Source of the DNA: Mustelus asterias
Taxonomy: Eukaryota
NCBI RefSeq assembly: GCF_964213995.1
Contig: NC_135802.1
Location: 18,228,001-18,292,000 of the forward strand
DNA length: 64,000 bases
Direction: 5' to 3'
In this document: positions 11,581 to 22,334 of the stretch, piece after piece
Layout: each line of letters begins with the position of its first letter
Numbering within the stretch: the stretch's first letter is position 1
Translations under genes and position numbers: made by a program
The notes under the pieces: model-generated
What the model was told of the DNA's origin: nothing
Database searches by the model: none
Seen by the model: only the letters and a program-made list of their open reading frames with translations

Positions 11581-13280
11581 GGGTGGCACGGTGGCACAAT
11601 GGTTAGCATTGCTGCCTCACAGTGCTAGGGACTTGGGTTCAATTCCAGCCTTGGGTGACAGTGGTTATCAGTGAGGTGGAGTGTCTTGGGTTACTGTGCT
11701 CAATTCTGGTCGCCTCATTACAGGAAGGATGTGGAAAAGATTGAAAGGGTGCAGAGGCGATTTACAAGGATGTTGCCTGGATTGAGTGGCATGCCTTATG
11801 AGGATAGGCTGAGGGAGCTCGGTCTTTTCTCCTTGGAGAGACGTAGGATGAGAGGAGACCTAATAGAGGTATATAAGATGTGGAGAGGCATAGATCGGGT
11901 GGACTCTCAGAGGCTTTTTCCCAGGGTGGAAATGGCTGCTACGAGAGGACACAGGTTTAAGGTGCTGGGAGGTAGGTACAGGGGAAATGTTAGGGGAAGT
12001 TTTTCACACAGAGGGTGGTGGGTGAGTGGAATCGGCTGCCGTCAGTGGTGGTGGAGGCAAACTCAATAGGGTCTTTTAAGAAACTCCTGGATGAGTACAT
12101 GGGACTTAATAGGATGGAGGGTTATAGATAGGCCTAAAAGGTAGGGATATGTTCGGCACAACTTGTGGGGCCGAAGGGCCTGTTTCGTGCTGTAGTTTTC
12201 TATGTTTCTATGTTAAGATGGTCAAATGGGCGGATAAGTGGCAGATGGAATTTAACCCTGAAAAGTGTGAGGTGATGCACTTCGAAAGGAATAATTTGAC
12301 AAGGAAGTATACTATGAAAGGTCTGACACTGGGAAGTTTTGAAGAACAATGGGACTTTTGGCATGTTTGTCCATAAATCTCAGAAGGCGGAAAGGCAGGT
12401 AAATAGTGCGGTGAAAAAGGCATATGGCACACTCGCCTTTATCAATCGGGTTATAGATTACAAAAGCAGAGAGGTCATGATGGAGTTGTAAAGAACTTTG
12501 GTGAGGCCACAGCTGGAGTACTTTGTGCAGTTGTGGTTGCCACATTTTTGGAAGGACGTGAACGCACTGGAGGAGATGCAGAGCAGATTCACCAGGATGC
12601 TGCCTATGATGGAACATTTAAGCTATGAAGAGAGGTTGGATAGGCTTGGGTTGTTTTTGTTGAAGCAGAGAAGACTGAGGGGCGACCTGATTGAGGTGTT
12701 CAAGATTATGAGGGGCATGGACAGGGTGGATAGGGAGCAGCTCTTCCCATTAGTTGAAGGGTCAGTTACGAGGGGACACAAGTTAAAAGTGAGGGGTGGG
12801 AGGTTTAGGGGGGATTTGAGGAAAAACGTTTTTACTCAGAGTGGTGATGGTCTGGAATGCGCTGCCTGAGAGGGTAGCGGAGGCGGGATGCCTCATATCT
12901 TTTAAAAAGTACCTGGATGAGTACTTGGCATGCCATAATATTAAAGGCTATGGGCCAAGTGCTGGCAAGTGGGATTAGGTGGGCATTTCATGCGTCAGGG
13001 CAGATTTGATGGGCCGAAGGGCCTCTTCTGCACTGTCTGTATGAAGTTTGTACATTCTCCCTGTGTCTGCGTGGATTTCCTCCAGGTGCTCTGGTTTCCT
13101 CCCACAGTCCAAAGATTTGCAAGTTAGGTGGATTGGCCAAGCTAAAATTGCCCCTTAGTGTCAGGGGATTAACAGGGTAAATGGGGTTATGGAGATAGTG
13201 CCTGGGTGGGATCGTTGTCGGTGCAGGCTCGATGGGCTGAATGGCCTCCTTCTGCACTGTCGGGATTCAATGATTCTATT
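11581..13280 (+). mobile_element. Three-level nest: HE1-type SINE split by a CR1 (about 11660-13035), itself split by a younger CR1 (about 11692-12213)
   Basis: The SINE head ends at ...gggtgac and resumes ctgtctgtatgaagtttg at about 13033. The older CR1 reads VVISEVECLGL...KMVKWADKWQMEFNPEKC across the inner insert. Confidence 0.85.
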
Positions 13281-14079
13281 AAGGAGTGAGAGATGTCGAC
13301 AGGGACATGTGGCTGGAGAAGGTTGTTCAGACAAGAAAGAAGGAAATGAAAACAAGCATCTTGAAGTTGATTTACTGGCACAGCCAGTGGACCTTCACAA
13401 AAATGTGGTTCAGAGTTATGTGGTTGGAGGGGTTTGGATAAAATGAAGTTTTTGAACGATAAAGGCAGAGAATCCCTTCCTCGACAGCCTCCCCCCCCAA
13501 AGGAGAGCACAGAAGGTTTACTGTTTAAAAAATTGCATTATATGATCAAACAAGGCACATAACAAAATAAATAAAAATGCCTTGATTTTGGATATATGTC
13601 CCTGATTCGAGATTGGGAAGTATGAATTATACTTCAATCCCAATGGCAAAATGAATATAAAAAAATAATAATTACACAATGGGGCTAACTTTTGTTGCAA
13701 CATTACCCTTTCTTCCTCTCACCCTAAACCCTACACTAACCAGTCAATATGAACCTGAACTCCCGGACCTCTACCAACGACGTGTTAGCTAAGCTACAGA
13801 GACGCTCTCAATGTCACCCAGTATTTGCACATCTAATTGTCAATGCTCAGTAGAAATGTTAATCGTCTTTGTTTAGCATGACAGCACAATGAGACAACAA
13901 TACACATTTCATTATGTTGTAGTTGTGTGTGGATGCTACTGTACACTAAGCCACCGCAGCAGCAGCTCTCAAGAGAAATAAATTAATTGACGATCAGTAT
14001 CACATTAGCAAGAATGTACTTGCTTGTGAGGCTTAATAATTAAAATGTCACTGCATCCCAAAGTCTATAATTTAGTCCG

Positions 14080-14470
14080 AATGATGCAAGGTTAGGGAGA
14101 TAAAAGTGACAAGCATCATCCACCCCACGCCATGCAGGCAATGACCATCGCTAACAAGAATCTAACCATCTCCCTATGACATTCAATGTCATTACTATCA
14201 CTGAATCCCCACCAATATCAACATACCAATGAGCAGACACTTAATTGGACTAGCCACATAAATGTTTGTGGCGACAATGGTAGGTCAGAGGTTGGGAATG
14301 CTGTGGCGTGTAACTCACCTCCTGACTCCACACAAAGCTGTCCACCAACTACAATGCATGGAGTGTAATGGAATACTTTTCACCTGCCTGGATGAGTGCA
14401 ACTCCAACAACACTCGAGGCTCAACACCAACTAGGATAAAGCAGCCTGCTTCGGCACCCCAACCACCACT
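14080..14470 (+). mobile_element. Old degenerate CR1-like LINE fragment (family also at 26150-26460, 48630-48950 and 59100-60005)
   Basis: Shared blocks caatgaccatc..aacaaga, aactcacctcctgactcc, gcctggatgagtgca.ctccaacaacactc. Confidence 0.6.
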
Positions 14471-14482
14471 TCCCCAGTGTGC

Positions 14483-14613
14483 ATGCTGGAGGGAACCCAC
14501 ACAGACATAGGGAGAACGTGTGAACTCCCCACAGTCACTCGAGGCTGGAATTGAACCCGGGTCCCTGGCACTGTGAGGCAGCAGTGCTAACCACTGTGCC
14601 ACCATGCTGCCCC
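14483..14613 (-). mobile_element. HE1-type SINE 5' half
   Basis: Reverse complement begins gggcagcatggtggcacagtggttagcactgctgcctcacag, with B box ggttcaattcc. Confidence 0.85.
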
Positions 14614-14840
14614 GCGGAGATATTCTCCAACATCTGCCAAGTATTTTTAAAATGTTCCAAAGGTTCTTTGTCTAAATTCAATTTTAAACATTTCCATTAT
14701 CAATTTACATCAAATGCTTATTAAAATAGAAATAATCACAGGTCTCAACTTGAGCAACTCCCAACACACAGAAAATAGTCTTTAATCTAAATGCACTGCG
14801 CAGCCTGGTTGATTATATCTGTTGTAATCAGATTATTTAC

Positions 14841-14975
14841 CAGGTCTGTATGGTTTCCTTTTTCTCTTCTTTAGGTTGTCAGACCCCTCAGCTCCTTTAC
14901 AGTCATCATCTGCTGGTTCCCGCTCTGGACTAGTAAGTGTATCAGACTTTGCGTCACAGTCCATCAGGTCAGCTG
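14841..14975 (-). CDS. KMT2C: KMT2C exon (~24), 135 nt (132 with the distal NAGNAG acceptor), phase 1/1: (A)ADLMDCDAKSDTLTSPEREPADDDCKGAEGSDNLKKRKRKPYRP
   Basis: Acceptor aacttgacag|cag, donor CTG|gtaaat. Contains the conserved KKRKRKPYRPG. Confidence 0.94.
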
Positions 14976-15984
14976 CTGTCAAGTTAAGATTGAAGGGTTA
15001 ACTGAATGTACAATCGGCAGCTTTTACATCATTTTTACACAACATAATACTAAACTTTGTTGAAAATGTATCCAGAGATGTTAGATTAGTCATCCCCAAA
15101 GCACTCTGCATCAGTTAACTGAAGTCCAAACTCCACGTGCAAGTATAAATTAGTCACCTCATGGAGGAAAATCACTTGGAATAATCTCTCGAAGGAATCC
15201 GGGCCCTGCATAAGACGTTAACTTTATCTATTGCTGCATATAGTGCTTCTTTAACTTTCTTTGCTCACAGCAGACAGCACTGTGGCTTTAAGCCAAATGA
15301 GGAAGATTTCTCCAGTGCATAGTATATATTGAACTTCTAAACTCGTTTCTATTGACCAGGTTTATGATTTGTTAGGAGCCCATCAAGGAAATCTTTCCCA
15401 GCAAACCACTGAACCAAGCATGATGAACAAAGGGTGTTTAGGGATGGGGGAGGGAAAGGTTTATAGATAGATTACATGGATAGGGAAGTGAGGTCATGAA
15501 GTGGTTTAAACACGAGCGTAGAAATTTTAAATACGTTGCATTAGGAGACTTGGAGGCAAATGTAGATAATGAGAACAGGGGCAACAGGCAGAATTTGGCA
15601 AGGTAATACAGTTCTGTTATCAGTCCTCACCTCCTTGGGACACTTTAGTCTATTAAGCCTGCAAAATGGCTCTCCACCAGTTGAGTTTCTTGGAACCTGG
15701 GACAGTTTCATATAGCAAGGTAGGGGTGTTTCCAAACTCTCTGCTATTCTGTGGTCAAAGGCATGCTCAGCTAAGTTTTGATATTCCATTCAATCTAAAG
15801 CACAACTGCCATGGAAGAAGGTGGATCGGGTGGTGAAACAAAGAAGGGGAAGGATATTTGAATTTTTTACCAATAGAGTCTGAAATTTCAGGGTTTTAGA
15901 ACAAGAATTATTCTCTGCGCATATACATGGGTTTCATGTTTTATGTACAGGAATCCCAAGATTGTGTGTTTATTAAAGAAAGAC

Positions 15985-16290
15985 AGACTTGCATTTAAGA
16001 AGAATACCATGGAACCTCAAGAGCCATGAACTGTCTTACAGACAATGAAACACATGTTTTGAAGCATGTCACTATTGTAATGTAGGAAATAAGGTAGCAA
16101 TATGATAAGGGCCAGAAAATCTGCTTTTGTAATATTAGTTGACCAGGATACCAGGGAAAACTACCCTGTTTTTCTTTGAAATACGTCCAGGTTGTCTTTG
16201 AGCTAACATCTTACAAAAAGATAGCACACCAGAGCTAAGTCGATTGTCAGTCTAGATTTTCTGTTCAAGGTCTCAGTTTTGATCCTTAAT
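15985..16290 (-). mobile_element. Degenerate ancient SINE resembling the Deu-domain (SacSINE1/AmnSINE-like) group
   Basis: Plus-strand blocks gtcactattgtaatgtaggaaa, ccaggataccagggaaaactaccctg and cttgcattta resemble the reverse of the Deu domain as remembered. Confidence 0.5.
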
Positions 16291-16702
16291 TCTCAATCTC
16301 ACCTGAAGATCCCATTTACTTTACAAAAGGTCTCAATGACATGCTTTAAAAGGGATGAGGGCCATAATGGGTGAGCGAAGAGGAGCAAGGGGAAAGAGAG
16401 AGAGATTGCAAATGTGGAGGAGATTACATGCGTTGAAACACATAGAATAACTTCATAAAAACTGCAGCTGGCTACAAATGCAGCAAACAAATATAACAAT
16501 TAAATGATAACATCAACGAGTAAGGTCATTGCAGGAAGAAAATGTAAATAAATGAACTTAAAGTTCTTTATCTGAATGCACAAGACATCTGCAATAAGTT
16601 AGAAGAGCGAATGGTAGAAATAGAAGTAAATGGTTTAGATCTAATCACCATTACAAGGTGATCAAAGTTGGGAAATAAATATTCCAGGGTATGTTTTGGA
16701 AA

Positions 16703-17155
16703 CTGATAGCCAGGTTCCGCACACACAAGGACGGCCTCAACCGGGATATTGGGTTTATGTCACACTATTTCACATAAATATTTCTGCTTTTTTCCTCCTG
16801 AGTCTTTATCATGCGATCCTAGAATCAGAATTTATGTCACACTATTTGTAACTCCCACAGTTGCGTGGACCTGCAGAGTTTCACTGGCTGTCTTGTCTGG
16901 AGACAATACACATCTTTTTAGCCTGTCTTGATGCTCTCTCCACTCCCATTGTTTTGTTTCTTAAAGACTGGATTAGTTGTAAGTATTCGCATTCCAACCA
17001 TTATTCATGTAAATTGAGTCTGTGTCTTATAAGTTCTGTTTGTGAACAGAATTCCCACTCACCTGAAGAAGGGGCTCAGAGCCTCGAAAGCTTGTGTGGC
17101 TTTTGCTACCAAATAAACCTGTTGGACTTTAACCTGGTGTTGTTAAACTTCTTAC
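16703..17155 (+). mobile_element. Penelope-like element 3' fragment with a 13-bp target site duplication (TSD)
   Basis: GIY-YIG C-terminus KLIARFRTHKDGLNRDIGFMSHYL*, hammerhead motif and AATAAA; TSD TATGTTTTGGAAA at 16690-16702 and 17156-17168. Confidence 0.85.
17055..17099 (+). ncRNA. Minimal type I hammerhead ribozyme motif in the Penelope-like terminal repeat
   Basis: CAC-CUGAAGA(A)-GGGGCU cag AGCCUC-GAAA-GCUU-GUG: both catalytic boxes, 6-bp stem II, palindromic stem III (AAGCUU) and stem I CAC/GUG extended by CCAC/GUGG. Confidence 0.7.
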
Positions 17156-17849
17156 TATGTTTTGGAAAGGCAGACAGAATAGTAATAGTGGGGGATTTTA
17201 ACTTTTCTAACATTGACTGGGACAGCCATAGTATTAGAGGCTTGGGTGGAGAGAAATTTGTTGAGTGTATTCAGGAGGAATTTCTCATTCAGTATGTGGA
17301 TGGCCCGACTAGAGAGGGGGCAAAACCTGACCTCTTGGGAAATAAGGAAGGGCAGGTGACACAAGTGTTAATGAGGGATCACTTTGGGACCAGTGACCAT
17401 AATTCCATTAGTTTTAAGATAGCTATGGAGAATGATAGGTCTGGCCCAAAAGTTAAAATTCTAAATTGGGGCAAGGCCAATTTTGATGGTGTCAGGCAGG
17501 AACTTTTAACAGTTAATTGGGGGGGTCTGTAGGAAAGCAAAGGGATGCCTGGTAAGTGGGAGGCTTTCAAAGGTGTGTTAACCAGGGTTCAGGGTAAACA
17601 CATTCCTCTTAGAGTGAAGGGCAAGGCTAGTAGAAGTAGGGAACTCTGGATGACTCGGAATATTGAGGTCCTTGTCAAAAAGGAGGAGGCGGCATATGAC
17701 ATGCATAGGCAGCTGGGATCAAGTGAATCCCTTGAAGCGTATAGAGGGTGTAGGAATAGAGTTAAGAAAGAAATCAGGAAGGCAAAAAGGGGACACGAGA
17801 TTGTTTTGACAGATAAGGCAAAGGAGAATCCAAAGAGCTTCTACAAATA

Positions 17850-18193
17850 GGCGGCACAGTAGCACAGTGGTTAGCACTGCTGCTTCACAGCTCCAGGGAC
17901 CTGGGTTCAAATCCTGGCTTGGGTCGCTGTCTGTGTGGAGTTTGTACATTCTCCCTGTGCCTGCGTGGGTTTCCTCCGGGTGCTCCGGTTTCCTCCCACA
18001 GTCCAAAGATGTGCGGGCTAGGTTGATTGGCCATTCTAAATTGCCCTTTAGTGTCCCGGGATGCATAGGTTAGAGGGGTTAGTGGGTAAATATGTAGGGA
18101 TATGGGGATAGGGCCTGGGGTGGGATTGTGGTTGGTGCAGACTCGATGGGCCGAATGGCCTCTTTCTGCACTGTAGGATTCTATGATTCTATG
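17850..18193 (+). mobile_element. Full-length HE1-type SINE inside CR1
   Basis: A and B boxes, (ATTCTATG)n tail, and TSD AAATA splitting the CR1 codons FYK/YIK. Confidence 0.92.
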
Positions 18194-19890
18194 AAATACA
18201 TAAAGGCCAAAAGAGTAACGAGGAAGAGAGTAGGACCTCTTAAGGATCAACAAGGTCATCTATGTGTGGATCCACAAGAGATGGGTGAGATCCTAAATGA
18301 ATATTTCTCATCAGTATTCACTGTTGAGAAAAGCATGGATGTTAGGGACTTGGGGAAATAAATAGCGATGTCTTGAAGAGTGTACATATAACAGAGAAGG
18401 AGGTGCTGGAAGTCTTAAAGCGCATCAAGGTAGATAAATCCCCCGGAGCTGATGAAGTGTATCCCAGGACATTGTGGGAGGCTAGGGAGGAAATTGTGGA
18501 TCCCCTAACAGAGATATTTGAATCATCGATAGTCACAGGTGAGGTGCCTAAAGATTGGAGGGTGGCAAATGTCGTGCCTTTGTTTAAGAAAGGCTGCAGG
18601 GAAAAGCCTGGGAACTACAGGCCAGTAAGCCTCACATCTGGAGAAGGTATTTTGAGAGACAGGATCTACAGGCATTTAGAGATGCAAGACTGATTAGAGA
18701 CAGTCAGCATGGCTTTGTGAGTGGAAAATCATGTCTCACTAATTTGTTTGAGTTTTCTGAAGGGGTAACCAAGAAGGTAGATGATGGCAGTGCAATTGAT
18801 GATGTCTACATGGACTTTAGCAAGGCCTCTGACAAAGTACCATATGGCAGGTTATTGCATAAGGTTAAATCCCACAGGATCCAGGTTGAGGTAGCCAAAT
18901 GGATACAAAATTGGCTGGATGACAGAAGACAGAGGGCGATTATAGAGGGTTGTTTTTCAAACTGGAGGCCTGTGACCAGCGGTGTGCCTCAGCGATCGGT
19001 GCTGGATCCATTGTTATTTGTCATTTATATCAATGATTTGGATGAGAATACAGGAGGCATGTTAGTAACTTTGCAGATGACACCAAGATTGGTGGCATAG
19101 TGGACAGTGAAGAAGGGCAACGGGATCTTGATCAATTGGGCCAGTGGGCTGATGAATGGCAGATGAAGTTTAATTTAGATAAATGCGAGATGATGCATTT
19201 TGGTCGATTGAACCAGGGCAGGACTTACTCAGTTAATGGTAAGGCATTGGGGAGAGTTATAGAACAAAGAGATCTAGAGGTACAGGTTCATAGCTCCTTG
19301 AAAGTGGAAAGAGTAGTGAAGAAGGCATTTGGCATGCTTGGTTTCATTGGTCAAAACATGGAATACAGGAGTTGGGACGTCTTGTTGAAGTTATATAAGA
19401 CATTGGTAAGGCCATACTTGGAATACTGTGCACAGTTCTGGTCACCTTATTATAAAAAGGATATTATTAAAATAGAAAGAGTGCAGAAAAGATTTACTAG
19501 GATGCTACCGGGGCTTGATGGTTTGAGTTATAAGGAGAGGCTGGATAGACTGGGACTTTTTTCTCTGGAGCGTAGGAGGCTTAGGGGTGATCTTATAGAG
19601 GTCTATAAAATAACGAGGGGCATAGATCAGCTAGATAGTCAATATCTTTTCCCAAAGATAGGAGAGTCTAAAACTGGAGGGCATAGGTTTAAGGCGAGAG
19701 AGGAGAGATACAAAAGTGTGCAGAGGGCCAATTTTTTCAGACAGAGGGTGGTGAGTGTCTGGAACAAACTGCCAGAGGTAGTTGTAGAGGCGGGTACAAT
19801 TTTGTCTTTTAAAAAGCGTTTAGACAGTTACATGGGTAAGATGGCTATAGAGGGATATGGGCCAAACGCAGGCAATTGGGACTGGCTTAG

Positions 19891-20225
19891 AAATCATAGA
19901 AACCCTACAGTACAGAAAGAGGCCATTCGGCCCATCGAGTCTGCACCGACCACAATCCCACCCAGGCCCTACCCCCATATCCCTATATATTTTACCCGCT
20001 AATCTACGCATCCCAGGACACTAAGGGGCAATTTTTAGCATGGCCAATCAACCTAACCCGCACATCTTTGGACTGTGGGAGGAAACCGGAGCACCCGGAG
20101 GAAACCCAAGCAGACACGAGGAGAATGTGCAAACTCCACACAGACAGTGACCCAAGCCGGGAATCGAACCCAGGTCCCGGGAGCTGTGAAGCAGCAGTGC
20201 TAACCACTGTGCTACCGTGCCGCCC
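19891..20225 (-). mobile_element. HE1-type SINE inside the CR1 3' UTR
   Basis: TSD GGCTTAG at 19884-19890 and 20226-20232; intact tRNA-like head. Confidence 0.92.
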
Positions 20226-20870
20226 GGCTTAGGGGTTTAAAAAAAAAAGTGGGGCATAGACAAGTTGGATCAAAGGGCCTGTTTCCATGCTGCAAACCTC
20301 TATGACTCTTAGAGAATGACAAAGGAGGTGGGGTAGCCCTGATAGTAAAGGATGTCATAAGGACATTGGTGAGAAAAGATCTGGCCTCAGATCATGATCA
20401 TGTCAATATGGGTGGAAATTGGGAATAGCAAGCACCATAAAATAGTGGTGGGATTAGTTTTTTGGCCCGACAGTAGTTATACTGTATGACAGAGCACTAA
20501 ACAAGAAGTTAGTGCAGTTTGTCACAACTGAAATGTAACAACTATGGGAGACTTTAACCTTCATATAGACTGGGATGATCACTGGCAAGAATGGTCTGGA
20601 CAATGAGCTTGAAGAACATTTTTGTGACGGTTTCTTGGAGCAGCATGTAGTGGAACTAGTGAGGGAAATTGCTAACTTAGATCTAGTATTGTAGAATGAA
20701 GCATGGTTAATTAGTAATGTCATAGTAAAGGATTTACTGGGAAATGGTGATCAAAATACCATTCACTTCTATGTTAAATTTGAAAGTGACATATTCCAAC
20801 TGCAAACAAAAATCTTAAACTTATACAGAGTCAATTACATGGGTATGAGGGGAGAGCTGGCTAAAGTCAA

Positions 20871-21030
20871 TTGATTTGATTTATTATTGTCACATGTATT
20901 AGTATACAGTGAAAAGTATTGTTTCTTGCACGCTATACAGACAAAGCATACCGTTCATAGAGAAGGAAAGGAGAGAGTGCAGAATGTAGTGTTACAGTCA
21001 TAGCTAGGGTGTAGAGAAAGATCAACTTAG
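20871..21030 (-). mobile_element. Rex1/Babar-type LINE 3' UTR fragment
   Basis: Reverse complement matches 63069-63214 and 56580-56743, with an (AAATC)n tail. Confidence 0.8.
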
Positions 21031-21179
21031 GTAAAGTTGTCATGTAGGAAATGAGATAGTGTAAAATGGGGAACAGGCAAACACAACCGACCAGGGTCGC
21101 ACAGGTAAGTACAGCCCCTGGGATGAAAGAGTCATGCCCGAGCAATATCCAAGTTTAGAAAATTTGTAGGCTTCAACAG

Positions 21180-21525
21180 TTTGAAGGGACTTGACAAGGT
21201 AAATACTGAGAGGGTGTTTCCTCTAACTGCAGAATTAGAGCATGTAGGTACAGCCTCAGGATATCAACCATTTAGGACTGAAATGAGGAATTCTTTTCAC
21301 CCTGAAGGTTCTGAATCTTTGGAATTCTCTTCCCCAGATTTTGATGGATGCTCTCGCATTGAATGATTCAAAGCTGAGATCAATAGATTTTTGATCTTTC
21401 AGGGAATTAGGGATATGGGGAGTAGACAGGAAAAAGGAGTTGAAGCCAAGATCAGCACGATGGCAGAGCAGGCTCAATGGACCATGTGGTCTACTCCTAT
21501 CCCTATTTCTTATGTTATGTTCTTA
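21180..21525 (+). mobile_element. Degenerate CR1 3' end
   Basis: KGLDKVNTERVFPL...FRTEMR and tail ctcctat..tttcttatgttatgttctta. Confidence 0.8.
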
Positions 21526-22115
21526 TTATACTGAAATTGAGCAATCTGATTTTGCATGAAGCATAGAAAAGAGAACAGCTCTCATTTCTAGAAGTCTGCG
21601 TTATATGTCTATAGGATGCCTCAGAATTAAACATAAATGATGGAATGATCATTAAGCTGGAACAAGCATTAAGCAAATTATGTTGGAAGTGACTAAGATT
21701 ATGGTTAACAATTTTTTGTTAATTAACAATTATTTGTTTATTCAATTAGTCTTTTGCCATAAATGCATGACTTCAATGTTTATGAAACCCAATAAATGCA
21801 GCATCAGTCTCCCAACCAAGGAGGTCACAGACTAATCGCCCTTGCTTCAAGTTTCTGGAAATGAGAGTTAAGCAGTTGCACTCAGAAAAGTCAGAAGTAG
21901 GAAGTGGCAAAGCCATGTTTCTGCAGTAATGCACAAGACTGATATTTCAATACACTTGCCAGAGAATTTGTTATTTCAGATGCATGGAACATGCTTTGAA
22001 GCATGTTCTCTACTTGGTTATCCATTTCAGCAAGCACGTACAACATTTAGCAAACTAATCTTTTTCTTCCCTTTGCATGAGCATGTGATGAAGGGGATCA
22101 GACATAATATAGTAC

Positions 22116-22334
22116 CTCTGCTTTCATCCATATCTCCATCCATGTCTCTGGACTGTTCAGACGGAGGATCAGGTGGAGTTTGTAAGACAGCCACACTGTT
22201 CTGATTTATGATCTTTAGCTTCAACTTTGGCTTGGGTCGCTTCCGACGTGGTGGAGCAATACTGAGGCCTTGGAGCTGTGACATACCCATCTCAGTCAGA
22301 CACACACCATCCTGTGTATATGTCCGTGTTGGTT
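22116..22334 (-). CDS. KMT2C: KMT2C exon (~23), 219 nt, phase 1/1: (E)PTRTYTQDGVCLTEMGMSQLQGLSIAPPRRKRPKPKLKLKIINQNSVAVLQTPPDPPSEQSRDMDGDMDESR
   Basis: Overlaps ORF 22027..22305. Acceptor ttttcttggaaaacag, donor GAG|gtacta. Confidence 0.96.

Larger units (their letters stand above)
17181..20310 (+). mobile_element. Longest CR1 LINE in the window (endonuclease C-half, RT and 3' UTR), disabled by stops and frameshifts and interrupted by two SINEs
   Basis: [37 protein letters not shown], and the 300-aa ORF 19100..20002; AGAAT duplication at 17176-17180 and 20313-20317. Confidence 0.95.
16550..20870 (+). mobile_element. Old CR1 endonuclease-domain remnant (16550-16702, 17156-17180, 20311-20870) acting as host of a multi-element nest
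   Basis: LKVLYLNAQDICNKLEE...DLITIT resumes after the inserts as ...NDKGGGVALIVKD and MGDFNLHIDW. Confidence 0.8.

Noticed and set aside
16861-17532. 223-aa ORF as a novel fusion protein
   Set aside because: Chance read-through from the Penelope non-coding terminus into the CR1 endonuclease frame, with a non-ATG start and no promoter evidence.
19100-20002. 300-aa ORF (and the 237-aa and 187-aa ORFs) as host genes or an active RT
   Set aside because: All are C-terminal pieces of CR1 ORF2 in 5'-truncated copies; the upstream part of the long element has stops and frameshifts.
16703-20310. Penelope-CR1 chimeric retrotranscript formed by template switching
   Set aside because: The Penelope piece has its own 13-bp TSD, and about 12 bp of host sequence separates it from the CR1, so these are two independent insertions.
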